Assembly (NCBI GenBank): GCA_963708075.1 | Contig: OY970194.1 | Span: 3,936,001-4,000,000, forward strand | Reading direction: 5' to 3' | Length of the DNA stretch: 64,000 nucleotides | Source of the DNA: Sedimentisphaerales bacterium | Lineage (GTDB): Bacteria; Planctomycetota; Phycisphaerae; Sedimentisphaerales; Anaerobacaceae | Shown here: piece by piece, positions 46,870-57,668 of the stretch | Position numbering within the stretch: the first letter of the stretch is position 1 | Layout: every line of letters starts with the position of its first letter | Program-made: the position numbers and the translations under genes | The notes under the pieces: model-generated | The model's input: only the letters and a program-made list of their open reading frames with translations | The model's database searches: none | What the model was told of the DNA's origin: nothing

Positions 46870-47634
46870 TCATGTACCGTCTTTCACGCCGGTATACCAG
46901 TAGGCGGGAACGTCTTCGCCGGTCGTCTTCTTGATGCCGCTGACATGCCCATCGAGCCAGCAGGTGTTCGAAACACCCATGTGGCGGAAGCACTCCCCCA
47001 CAGTGTCATAGCCCGGCCAATAGGTGTCAACAAAGCCCTCCCCGCCTTCTCGTGCTGGACGCCATTGTCGAAGGTTGATCCTGGCGCCCGGGCCGATACA
47101 GAACATGTCGGAACTGATATTATCCAGCTTCTGTTCAATATGATCCTGAAAGGCGATGACCTCATCGTGCTTCTTGAAGTCGTGGTCGATCTTCTTGCCG
47201 GTAATATATCCGTTGATGCCGTAGGAGCAGTACCTGAAGTACGGCTGGTAGGCGATCCCCCAACCGCGCTCCGGCCAGTCATCCGTCCGCCGGGTGCCGG
47301 GGCATCGGAAGATTCTCTTGTCCTTCGCATAAGGGTAGTAGGCAATGCCCCAGTAGGCAAAGCTGTCGTTGGGGGCAAACGGCTTGACGATGGCCGCACC
47401 TTCGTAGGCGTTGTCCCACAAGCCCTCATTTGGAGAGTTGTGCGTCTTGCCGTCATAATCGTCGACGTACATCCGCAGCGAGACTCCGAGCCCCTTCGTG
47501 TGGGCCGAGCAGACGATCTTCTGGGCCTGCTGTCTGGCCCTGGCCAGCGACGGCAACAGGATTCCCATCAGCAGGGCGATGATGGCGATAACGACCAGCA
47601 ACTCGATCAGCGTGAACGCATCCTGCTTTCTCAT
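46870..47634 (-). CDS. Prepilin-type N-terminal cleavage/methylation protein with H-X9-DG motif
   Basis: [50 protein letters not shown]. Confidence 0.88.
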   Translation of the reverse strand: MRKQDAFTLIELLVVIAIIALLMGILLPSLARARQQAQKIVCSAHTKGLGVSLRMYVDDYDGKTHNSPNEGLWDNAYEGAAIVKPFAPNDSFAYWGIAYYPYAKDKRIFRCPGTRRTDDWPERGWGIAYQPYFRYCSYGINGYITGKKIDHDFKKHDEVIAFQDHIEQKLDNISSDMFCIGPGARINLRQWRPAREGGEGFVDTYWPGYDTVGECFRHMGVSNTCWLDGHVSGIKKTTGEDVPAYWYTGVKDGT

Positions 47635-47803
47635 TGTGCAGTCCTCGATTGTCGCTCGTCGGCCGTTGAAGCCACTGCCGCGGCCGCGCGACATTCGCGG
47701 CCGGGCGCTCAACCCACGTATATTGCACAGGTTGAGCGCCCGGCTTCAGTTCTCAAAACTGGCTGTCACCGCCCTCCGGTCACGGCAGACCGGGCGGCCG
47801 TAC

Positions 47804-48172
47804 CTATTTGCCGAACGCACCGACAACCTCAATGTTGTCGATGGCCCACCACCAGTTGTTGTCGGCATCAGTCACGCCGAATGTGACGATCATGATCTGG
47901 GCCCCTGCCGGGTTGTTCAGGTTCACGGTCACTTCTTCATTGGTGGCATCGGTCTTGAATGCGGTCGGATTGGTGCCTTCAGACTCCCACAGCATGACCA
48001 CGACCGGCTGTCCACCGTTATACTGAACGGTAATACTGGCGGTTTGCGTGGCCTCCTGGCGCCAGCTCGAATCGAAAATGAGCTGGAGCGAGCCTGCTTC
48101 AGCCCCGGCGATGCTGATCGGCGGCGTGCTGAGGAAGGCGTTGTAGGACCCGTCCGGGTGGTCCTTATCGTC
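47804..48172 (-). pseudogene. Orphan C-terminal beta-sandwich domain fragment lacking its own start
   Basis: DDKDHPDGSYNAFLSTPPI..FDSSWR..NNWWWAIDNIEV reads as real protein but begins abruptly at the end of the GH35 gene, in another frame. Confidence 0.6.
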
Positions 48173-50303
48173 CTTCGCTGACTCGTTCTTCGCTGTCCAC
48201 GTAGGCGATGGTCCAGACGGTGTGCGGGATGGGCTTGTCATCTGCGTCAAGCAGATCGAGTTCCGCCACCGCCGCGAACGGCTTGCCATCCACGGCGCTA
48301 AGGGTTTCCAGGCAGAACTGGCGGCCCTGGGCGGGCTTGGCGAATCGCACCTCCTGTGCGGCAGGGCCAGGTGCGAACGTGCCGACGTGGACCGGCTGCA
48401 CGCCCTCCATCATCAGGACGGCTTGCTGGACCTTTCGAGTGAAATCAAGTTGTGGCCGGAGCTGATCCAGAACCGGTTTCACTAGACCGGTCAGGACCGG
48501 CTCTTGAGGGCCGAGCAGATCAAGGACGATTACCTCGTTGCGACCTTGTTTGAGCCACGGACCCGGCACGTACATAGTCTGCGTCGGTCCGATGTTCCAG
48601 AACCGGCCCATGCACCGGCCGTTGACCCACAGTACGCCCTTGCCCCACGTGCTCACGTCGAGGAAGGTGTCCGCGGGTTTGGCCAGATCGAATTCGCCCC
48701 GCCAGAATGCAGGCCCGCCCGCCTTGCCCGTCTTCCATTGCAGGCTCGCGAGCATGGGCTCATCCAGGGGCAGACGATATACCTGCCACGCGCCGGGTTC
48801 TACGGTGTCGCCGGCCGCGGTCTTGAGGGTCACCGGGCCGTGCAGACCTTTGCGGTCGTGCACCTCGGGGCCGAAGTTGATGTGGCCCATGGCCTCGATC
48901 AGGATGTCCAGGCGAGCCGCCGCCTGATGCTGCGGGATTTGCACCCGGTATTGGCGCGAGCGCCGGTCCATGGTCCCGAGGAGCTTGCCATCCAGAAAGA
49001 CCCAGGCGAAGTCACGGGCCTCCTTGGCACTGAGCTGCGCCTCGGGTCCGGCGGGCAGGATCGTGCGATACAGGATGCAGCCGCGACCCTGGTCGTAGGC
49101 CTCCATGTTGCGCGGGGCCTTGTCCTCGACGGGCGACGGCAGGTCGTCGAAGATCGCGGCGGACTGGCCGAGCTCGAAGCGGGGGATCGTTGTCACCGGA
49201 TTGGCAGCCGGTGGCTCAGGGAGCGTCTCGCCGGGCAGCAGGTGCTTCGCCATCAGCTCGCGAGTGAGCTTGAACTTCTCGCCGACCCATTCGGCCTCAC
49301 TGATGGGCGCGTCGTAGTCGTAGCTGGAGGTGTCTGGCTTAAAGGGCCGGTCGGCGCCGGACCAGAGGCCGAAGGTCGTACCGCCGTGAGCCATGTAGAT
49401 ACTGAACGATGCATTGTTCTCAAGCATGTACTCCAGGTCCGCCAGATACTGTGGCGTGTTGCCCAGGTGGTGTGGGAAGCCCCAGGTGTCGAACCACCCC
49501 GGATAGAATTCGCCGCACATCAGCGGGCCCTTGGGCTGGATTTCCCGCAACGCCTTGAACCCGCCTGTGGGGTCCTTGCCGAAGTTGACGACGTTGAACA
49601 GGTCGTCGCGCAGGCCCTTGCGAAGAGCATACGGCGGATTGCAGGCGAACAGCGGGACATCGAACCCCGCGTCCAGCAGAGCCTGACGCATCTCGCCCAT
49701 GTACCGGACATCATCGCCATAGAAGCCGTACTCGTTCTCGACCTGGACCATGAGGATGGGACCGCCCCGCGTGACCTGCATGGGTCCCAGCACACGACCG
49801 ACCTCCTTGAGCCAGCCGCGGCCGGCCGCCAGGAAGTCCGGGTCCCGGGTCCGTAACCGGATGCCGTCCTTTTTGAGCAGCCACCACGGCAGGCCGCCCA
49901 TCTCCCACTCGGCGCAGGCGTAGGGGCCGGGCCGCAGAATCACCCACAGGCCTTCCTGCTGCGCGAGCCGGCAGAACTCCGCCGCGTCCGCCCGGCCGGA
50001 CCAGTCGAATCGTCCCTGATCCCACTCGTGGAAGTTCCAGAACAAGTACGCGCACACGGTGTTCAGGCCCATCGCCTTGCACAGCCGCAGCCGATGTCCC
50101 CAATACTCCCTCGGCACGCGAGCGAAGTGTATCTCCCCGCAACGAATCTGCAGCCGTTGCCCGTCCAGCAGGAAGTCCTGCTCCCCGATGGCAAAGCGGT
50201 GTGTCACCTGCCCCGATGCCGCCGTGGCCCAAAGAGCGATACCACCCCCAACCACCAACCCAATCAAGCTCCGACGCAACCCACCGAGGCACTTCATAGT
50301 CAT
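48165..50303 (-). CDS. GH35 beta-galactosidase, C-terminal discoidin domain truncated
   Basis: GEIHFARVPREYW, GLNTV, RPGPYACAEW, QVENEYG, EFYPGWF, YMAHGGT, SSYDYDAP, GRFWNIGP; ends at WTIAYVDSEERVSE-GR-stop. Confidence 0.9.
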   Translation of the reverse strand: MTMKCLGGLRRSLIGLVVGGGIALWATAASGQVTHRFAIGEQDFLLDGQRLQIRCGEIHFARVPREYWGHRLRLCKAMGLNTVCAYLFWNFHEWDQGRFDWSGRADAAEFCRLAQQEGLWVILRPGPYACAEWEMGGLPWWLLKKDGIRLRTRDPDFLAAGRGWLKEVGRVLGPMQVTRGGPILMVQVENEYGFYGDDVRYMGEMRQALLDAGFDVPLFACNPPYALRKGLRDDLFNVVNFGKDPTGGFKALREIQPKGPLMCGEFYPGWFDTWGFPHHLGNTPQYLADLEYMLENNASFSIYMAHGGTTFGLWSGADRPFKPDTSSYDYDAPISEAEWVGEKFKLTRELMAKHLLPGETLPEPPAANPVTTIPRFELGQSAAIFDDLPSPVEDKAPRNMEAYDQGRGCILYRTILPAGPEAQLSAKEARDFAWVFLDGKLLGTMDRRSRQYRVQIPQHQAAARLDILIEAMGHINFGPEVHDRKGLHGPVTLKTAAGDTVEPGAWQVYRLPLDEPMLASLQWKTGKAGGPAFWRGEFDLAKPADTFLDVSTWGKGVLWVNGRCMGRFWNIGPTQTMYVPGPWLKQGRNEVIVLDLLGPQEPVLTGLVKPVLDQLRPQLDFTRKVQQAVLMMEGVQPVHVGTFAPGPAAQEVRFAKPAQGRQFCLETLSAVDGKPFAAVAELDLLDADDKPIPHTVWTIAYVDSEERVSEGR

Positions 50304-50542
50304 GTAAACTCCTGCGTTCCGGCTGATCTGCCATGGTCTCTCGATTCGGCGCAGACCGATCTTCGCATGGCATTATATCGGGACCCGCGGGGACCGCCAA
50401 CCCTTTGACGCCTGGGCGAACCAAAGCTGTCAGGTACGAATGGTTGATCTTCAGGGTATTCGATTCGGAGTTCCCTGGTCGTCCCAGGCAGGGTGCTGAG
50501 CGACCCTCGCTCCGTCGATACTCATTCCCGAAGACTGACCGC

Positions 50543-53500
50543 TTACTCCCCGGCAATCACGAAGTCGCGGGCGGTTACTGAACTCCAGACTTCAAGAGCC
50601 CGATGATACACCACCGCCTTGACGGTGGCGGAACTGGTCACGGTAAATGCACTGGAGTAGGAGAGGGCGCCGGGGTTCGTCGTCGGGTCCGTGCCGTCCG
50701 TGGTGTAGAATGCCGTGGTCCCTTCGGCGATGTCGGCAATGGTGACGCTTACCGGCCCCGGGAAGGTCCCGCCGTCGGGGTTGAAAGAGGGCGGCGAGGG
50801 GAGCAGATGAATGGTCACGCTCCGGGAGGCTGTCTGCCCCAGGCTGTTCGTGGCCGTCAACGTGATCAGATGCCGGCCGGCCGCCAACTGTCTCATGACG
50901 AACAATGATGGGCCCCGACCTACTTCGCCGTTGCGGTCGGAGGTCCAGACCAGCCGCTGGTCATCGAAGATTTCGCCCTCCTGCGGATCGTATGCGCTCC
51001 CGTGGAACGCGATCCCGGACTCCAGGCGATAGGTTGCATCCGCCTCCGGGCTGTCAATGGTGACCTCGGTCTCCTTGAGCGGCACCTCGAAGATCCCACT
51101 GACCGCCGAGGCACTGTGTATCCCGTCGCTGGCCGTCACCCGGATCCGGGCTTGGCTGCCGCCGGGAAGGAGGCTGAAATCCGTGGCAAAGCTGGTCGTG
51201 GTCACCGACGGCGGCAGGATGCTCCAACGCCGACCGTCTGAACTGTACTCCACCCGGTAGAAGAGACTGTCGCCGTCCGGGTCCGTGGCTGTCCAGGTTA
51301 TCGTGTAGGGGCCTGATATCTCTTGGCCGGCCGGAGGCGCAGTTACGGCGACCGTCGGGGCGCCGGCGCTGACCGGTACTTCGCTGCGGATGACGCTGTC
51401 CTGATCGACGATTCTGAATTTCACCGTCCCCTCCGGGAACGGAACAATCACATGGGTAAACGGGGCCGTATCCAAATCTTCAGGAGGATCGGACAGATCG
51501 ACAAATGTCGGGGTGAAGCCCTGGCGTCCCAGCACGGCGCCGTTCGCATCGACTGCCTGAATCGTGTAATTCCCTGTCACAGTGTCCGCCGGGCCGGCAG
51601 CGGTTGTAGTGCTCCAGGGAAGGGATGGCTCGACCGCTCCTGATCTGCTCACCCAGCCGGATGCCTCGACAAACCGGTCGAGCGCAGTTACTTCTGTGGC
51701 TGCGGCTATCCCGAAGGCCGTTATCCCGGAGGCGGCTGCGGACGCACCGGACCCGGTGGGAGCCAATGACCAGAACAGATGTTTCCAGACTTCCGGCGTG
51801 ATCCAGTAATTGCTCTGCGCCGTTCCGCTGCCCATGAGACACATGGAGTCATCGCGGAGGCCACGCCCCATCTCATAGGGGTGCAGCTCCTTGGCAACCA
51901 GTGTCCCTGTACCACTGCCGGGGAATGGCTTCACTTCCGGATCGGGGCCTGTGACGGCCGTATCAGTCCCCAGAATCGTGCCCTCGTACAAGTAGGGAGG
52001 ACAGTTGATGGCCAGATTGTAGCCGCCGCCGTCGTAGGTGTCTCCGACCTTGAAGATGTGCGCCACTTCATGAGGCACCGTGGCCTGCATGTCCTCATCG
52101 CTATTGACGACGATTGAGGCCTTGCCGTCGAGGTAGGCGTATCCCTGGATTCTCCGGATTGTCCCGTTCCTCTTTACCGGAATGCGTGACTGAACAAAGC
52201 CGATCACCAGGTCGTACGCTCCCCCCATCTTGTTCAGCTCTTCCCACAGTTTCCGCTCTCCGGCCGAAGTGGTGGTATCGTAATCAGCACCTGTAGCATC
52301 GAACAGGGGACCCTGTGACCAGGTGACTTTGTCATAGGCCACCGGATAGACCTGACGCATGAACTTGACGCCGCTCTGCCATTCGTTCCCCGGCGTCTCA
52401 ATCACCCCGTCGAATTTGGTCCTCACCGGTACGGCCAACACCTTCAGTTCCCGCCGATCCTGGAACTGGACGTTGTCCAGGACTTCTTCCGCATCCTTCA
52501 CCTTGGCCGTGAACTTATACGTTCCCGCCTGCCAGTTGCCGCATTCGCTTCGATCCCTGGGTCTGAAGATGACGGCGTTGTTTTCGGTGTCCCTGGTGAA
52601 ATCGGTAAGGGTCGCCACCGTTGAACCGTCCCGAGAGACTTCCAGACTGACACCGCTCAACTCGTCAACGGGCACCGCCTTGTCAAAGAATACCTGGACG
52701 GCCGTCTCCTTCCCGGCGGCAAAGTCCGACACCGGCACGTAGTGCTGATCGTCCACGTATTTGTAGCGTCCCAGGGCCTGGTTGACCTGGATCTTCTTCG
52801 CGCTCGGCTTCGGGTTGAACTTGTAGAAGATTTCCACCGTGCCGGTTCTGGTGACACCAGCGTCTGTCGCAGAATAGCTGTGCGTGATATGGCCGGAACC
52901 GGTGAATTCCTCCCCCTGGAACGTCAGCTCTCCCGTGATGTCCCCCTTGCTCTTACGGAGCCAGTCGTCCCAGGCGCCACCGCTGAAAGACGCCGGGTAA
53001 CTCTCGATCGGCACGGTACTCGTTTCGTTCCTGTCATAACCGCGGCTCGTAGTGCTGCCGGTGCCTGAACCTTTTATGTAGTCGCCGACACCCACCACTC
53101 TCAGCCGAAACTTGTACTTCACCGGGTCATCCTTGCTCTGCTGGGTGATCTTCAGATCCCTGACGACGTCTTCGAGATAGACCGGATCGACGGTCTCGTA
53201 ATGCCAGCTCTGATGTCCTTTCTGCTCGAAATCCCGGCAGCCACTTAAGGTGCCTGGTTTGCATTCATTCCACAGCCACGAATGATAGGAGGTGCCCCCG
53301 CCATGACCGGCAATGCTGAATTCTCTCGAGTCTTCAATGAGCAGTGCGGCCCGGGGATAGGACGGCAGTGGTGGGAGTCCGGGTATGTCCGGCAATTGCG
53401 GGATAGCCGGTAGCTCGTACTGTTTGTACTTGTACGTCCCCTCCACGGTCAGGTTGAGCCGCTCCTGCATTTCATAATGGTCCCGTTCCGTATCGTAGGA

Positions 53501-53698
53501 GGAGTTGTAGGTATCGGCGACGACGACCCTGACCCAAAGGTCAGCCTTGTCTATGTTCAGGACTTGATCGGATGCCCTTGCGGTTCCCGCCAGGTGAAGG
53601 TTGAGAAGAATTCCGATGAGGCCGAATACAAACGCAGAAGTAGTCTTTCTCAAGTTGGTGGGTTTCCTTGGCGGAAAGGGTCTTGAATGACGGGACAA
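50543..53698 (-). CDS. Large secreted protein with HExxH zinc-metallopeptidase-like domain and Ig/Fn3-like C-terminal domains
   Basis: Signal peptide; PHEVAHIF..GD, CLMG Met-turn-like motif; ITWTATDPDGD, WTSDRNG, FYTTDGTDP. Start codon uncertain. Confidence 0.6.
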   Translation of the reverse strand: MSRHSRPFPPRKPTNLRKTTSAFVFGLIGILLNLHLAGTARASDQVLNIDKADLWVRVVVADTYNSSYDTERDHYEMQERLNLTVEGTYKYKQYELPAIPQLPDIPGLPPLPSYPRAALLIEDSREFSIAGHGGGTSYHSWLWNECKPGTLSGCRDFEQKGHQSWHYETVDPVYLEDVVRDLKITQQSKDDPVKYKFRLRVVGVGDYIKGSGTGSTTSRGYDRNETSTVPIESYPASFSGGAWDDWLRKSKGDITGELTFQGEEFTGSGHITHSYSATDAGVTRTGTVEIFYKFNPKPSAKKIQVNQALGRYKYVDDQHYVPVSDFAAGKETAVQVFFDKAVPVDELSGVSLEVSRDGSTVATLTDFTRDTENNAVIFRPRDRSECGNWQAGTYKFTAKVKDAEEVLDNVQFQDRRELKVLAVPVRTKFDGVIETPGNEWQSGVKFMRQVYPVAYDKVTWSQGPLFDATGADYDTTTSAGERKLWEELNKMGGAYDLVIGFVQSRIPVKRNGTIRRIQGYAYLDGKASIVVNSDEDMQATVPHEVAHIFKVGDTYDGGGYNLAINCPPYLYEGTILGTDTAVTGPDPEVKPFPGSGTGTLVAKELHPYEMGRGLRDDSMCLMGSGTAQSNYWITPEVWKHLFWSLAPTGSGASAAASGITAFGIAAATEVTALDRFVEASGWVSRSGAVEPSLPWSTTTAAGPADTVTGNYTIQAVDANGAVLGRQGFTPTFVDLSDPPEDLDTAPFTHVIVPFPEGTVKFRIVDQDSVIRSEVPVSAGAPTVAVTAPPAGQEISGPYTITWTATDPDGDSLFYRVEYSSDGRRWSILPPSVTTTSFATDFSLLPGGSQARIRVTASDGIHSASAVSGIFEVPLKETEVTIDSPEADATYRLESGIAFHGSAYDPQEGEIFDDQRLVWTSDRNGEVGRGPSLFVMRQLAAGRHLITLTATNSLGQTASRSVTIHLLPSPPSFNPDGGTFPGPVSVTIADIAEGTTAFYTTDGTDPTTNPGALSYSSAFTVTSSATVKAVVYHRALEVWSSVTARDFVIAGE

Positions 53699-53967
53699 GA
53701 GAAACGGGTTGCCATAGGTGTCAGTAATACTCGGCCCAAGGTAACTACTCAGCTAGGCCCACCATGGCGATACCCCTTTGATTAGACGGGGATTTCCCGT
53801 TCGACTTCATAGCCTGTGCCCCGGCACGGCATACATGTCATGATACCGAAACACCGCATCTGATGTCAATAGCTCCGGTCATCCACTCAGCGTGTTCTTG
53901 CGTCGGAATCCGGCATTCTGCCACGAGATCCTGTATCCCGCGAACACCCATGATTGGATTCTCAGGA

Positions 53968-56900
53968 CTACTCATGTCTCGTGCCGGGTGTCCCAAATAA
54001 ACTCACGGCCCGCCAATTCCCGCCTCGATTGTTGTCGCTTGATACATCCATCAATTCGATGGTGTATCCGGTTTCTCCGGCCGTTTGGGGCCAGGGAGCG
54101 ACCGATGCGTAATCGACCCTGTCGACGACCTTGTTCTCTGTGTCCAGGACACGAAGGGATTCCCCTTCACTGCTGAGTCCAAACCCAAGGTTCCCCAGCC
54201 GATTCTTGACGTAGGGATGGACGGCCTTGAACTTGATCTTGTCCCGACACAATACCAGATGACTGCCGGGCCAAAGTACGGTATCTGGAGGGAATGCATA
54301 GGCGTGTCCCGCTCCGTCGGTGAACTGCCATCCGGTCAGATCAACGGCCGTGGCGGTACGATTGTACAGTTCAACCCAGTCATCACTATCAGCCTCGGGG
54401 GCAGACTTGAAGTTGATTTCCGTGATGACGATCGGATCTGCGACGGTCGTGGCATCCGCGTTCAAGAAGGCGGTGAATTGAGCATCGTCCAAGAGTTTGA
54501 TCTCGATCTCAGGTGTATCAACCCGCTGCGTTTGAACCACGGGGGCGTCTTCGCCTGACAGGGAACAGTCAAAGCTCATGTCGGACTTGTCCCCCCGGGT
54601 CTGATGGACCTCTACGGCTAATATGTTGACACCGGATCGCAAGTGAGCAGGAGAGACTTGAACCTTCGTGAAGCCATTTTCATTAGCAGTCGCCTGAGTT
54701 GCCGGCGTATCATAATAAATGGCTCCCGACGGCACGTTGATACGTGCGATTTCCTGGCCATTCAGATAGGCCACAGCCCCGTCATCCACCAGCAGAGAAA
54801 TCCACAATGAACGCCAACGTGCGACATTGGCCACCGAAAATGACGTGCGAAAATAGGCGGCGAAACGTTTGTTGTTCGCATTCCCACCGTAGTCGATCAC
54901 CGTGGCTTCGTCTCCATCACCATAGCCGAGTTGGGCCGGGCCGGAGGGCCATGCCGAATCGTCATAACCTGTCTGCTGCCATTCGGTGCCAAGATCCACT
55001 CCGATGTCCGAGTATCTCCAGACGGATCCCCTGTCCACAATGACCTTCGATGGGACCACAGCGGACTGGAGTTCCCAGTGCGAAAAGGTATACCCCAATC
55101 TGGGTGTCGCGCGTACGACGATGGGGATGTCATTGAAATAGGTCCCCTGGAATCCATCGCGGAGTCGCTTACCATTGATTTGAAGCACGGCGGAATCCGG
55201 GACATGCAGATGGAGGCTGACCTCAGACGTCCCGCTCAATCCAAAGTGGTCGAGAAAATGGCGTGCGGTCAAGGCGGGCCGTTGAACGGCAAAGAATCGC
55301 ATCTCGTTAACATTCTGTTCCCAGCGTGCCACAGAGTTGAATGTGGGACTCATCCAGGTCTCCAGGGCATCGGGATCTTTCTGCCCTCCCCACTTGGTGA
55401 TGTGCCGCGGAATCTCGGGCGCCAGTCGCTCCTGGAACCGATCTATGAATCCCGCCAGACGTTCCGGATTGAAGGTCGTATTCATGTGATAGGCATAACG
55501 CTGGATGAACTCATTCCGAAAGCCTTCATTCTTCAGCAGGTTTCTAAACAGGCGCGTGGACGATTCCGGATTGGGCCAGCCCGGCCCAGTGGTGGTGGTC
55601 GTCTTCTCGATCATGTCCTCTCCGACCGACCACGACATGAAACATTGATCCATGTCGTAGTTGACCCATCGCCACCGCGCACGAGGCCCCGAATTTGCCC
55701 GCCAGAATTTGATATTGTTGACCGGCCAATCCCTCTCCGCCAGGTAAATGTGCCCGATCATGTAATCGATATACTCGTCGATGTCAATCTGAGCCTTGAC
55801 AACCTCGTACTGCGCAGGATCAGCCATGTTATGGCTGTTGGCATAGTTCACCATGGCCGTGTAACCGGCATTGGTCCCCGAGACGACGCTGCCGGTGCCT
55901 TCCAGCAGATTCACTTCATCCGGGTCAACGCCGAAATTTCCGGCGACGTAGTGCTCATTGACCTTCTCACGGATATTGTGGATGCCCCAGTATTTACCAT
56001 TGAGGAACAGGACCGCCGGACGGTAGGCCTGACAGTCAATGTCCATATGTTCCACCAGCACCATTTGTGACAAGGCGTCACGGAACATGGTGAGTACCTG
56101 ATCATCTCCCGAAGCTCTCAGGACGAAGGATTCGAAATGGTCGATATCCTTGTCCGGAAAGAGCTGATACTGAAACGATCCCTTGCCATACTCTTTGCGC
56201 GAACAGGGCCAGTGATTTCTGAGGAAACCGGTGACGCGAGCAACCACCAAAGATCTTCACGCCGGCTTGCTGGTTGAAGCCCGGAGTCCCATCCGTTTCG
56301 TATAGTTCAACGTTCACGGGCCGTTCCCAATCCTGTTTCAGATTGCGGATGGCGCTGTCACAGTAGCCACCCTTTCCGCGAGTGCCGGTCACGTAAATCC
56401 CGCGTTCATCACTGAAGAAATGATTCGGATCCGTGACAATCGAGATAAAGGGAAGATGGATCGGCTCATCGATGAAATAGGTATGCGTGGCAACATCACT
56501 GGGTGCAAAACCGCGCGTGTAGCCGATGGCGCGGACCGCGGTGGTGGCATCAAGGGCAATCGGAGCCTGATAGCGTAAGGCGCTGTCATCCGGCGCCGTG
56601 CCGTCAAGAGAGTAGTAGATATCGATCTGCTCGGAATTCTGGAAGCGGAGCACCTGAGCTCCCTGGTAAAACCCTCCGGTAATTGAGAAGAGGGGTTGTG
56701 GCGTCACCTCCACGCTATCTTGAGGGTCATTGACTGACCCGGGGCTGGGTGGGCTGAAGAAGCTCCATTGATTCGGATCGTTTCCCAGACGCCCGTACGA
56801 CATGTCATCTTGTTGCGCACCGAAGCTCAGCGCATCCACGAGAACACCCTCCGGCGTGTGCAGGCCGAGTTGCTCCCCTCCTTTGTCCAGCTTGAAGCTC

Positions 56901-57220
56901 ATGTGGAGTCCGGTATTGCGACCATCGGCCCACAGGAGAAGAAAGCCGGTTCCAGGAATCAGGGTTCCGTCGGGAATCCGCCACTTCAGCGGCTCATCCA
57001 GGTTATCCGTCACGTAGTAGCCGCTCAGGTCCATGGCTCCATGGGCCGTGTTGTATAGCTCGATCCAGTCGGAGAATTCTCCAAACTCGGGGTCCCTGTT
57101 CGCCGTTTGGTTGGATGCGAGAAACTCATTAATAAGGATCTCAGGCGATCGGCCCCGCGTCGTCGCATCAGGAATGAGAAGAACAAGCATGCCTAAAGCA
57201 AATCGTGTACGTGTATTCAA
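53968..57220 (-). CDS. CotH kinase-family/lamin-tail protein, frameshifted near 56200
   Basis: AAGGAG with TTG start at 57220; ILINEFLASN, YYSLDG, DWERP, KSLALFA|RKEYG, FLNGKYWGIHNIRE, DWPVNN, ITEINF. Restoring 2 nt in the GCGC run joins ORFs 56102-57298 and 53968-56250. Confidence 0.82.
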
Positions 57221-57600
57221 GCGAAATGCTCCTTCTCGGATACGCGCGAGTGAACGATGACATCGGCACAAGGACGTTGCATGAGGTAAAGCCGCCACAT
57301 CACCCTGACCAACTCCGTCAGATCCGAGCAGACAACTGCCGAACCTGAATAACCCATTATACCAGTTTGAGGGCTAAAAACAAAGTGCCGTTTCCGGTGA
57401 GCGAGTATCGTAGCGTTTAGCCGAGGCAGAATCTACCCGCGGGCCGGCTATCTTGTTTCGTAATATGCTTAATCGCCGTTGGCGCTATCACCCCAGGTGT
57501 TCTCATGGGTTCGGAAGGTGGTCGTGGGTCCTGTGCCGGGTCTTGAGATCCTTGCTAGTATACACACGCACGCTGTTTCGCCGCCGGCACAGGCTAAGAA

Positions 57601-57645
57601 TCAGGGGGCCTGTCCCGGTCGAACGATCCGGTCCAGGCCCCCTGA
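57601..57645 (-). terminator. GC-rich hairpin downstream of the second LamG gene
   Basis: TCAGGGGGCCTG...CAGGCCCCCTGA 12-bp arms. Confidence 0.5.
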
Positions 57646-57668
57646 ACTGGTGCGCAGCCAGCTATTTA

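Noticed and set aside
24640..56210. Programmed frameshifting at the phosphatase (about 24642, 24995) and CotH (about 56200) breaks
   Set aside because: They are single-base homopolymer or dinucleotide-repeat indels without slippery heptamers, in families not known for recoding; sequencing error is more likely.
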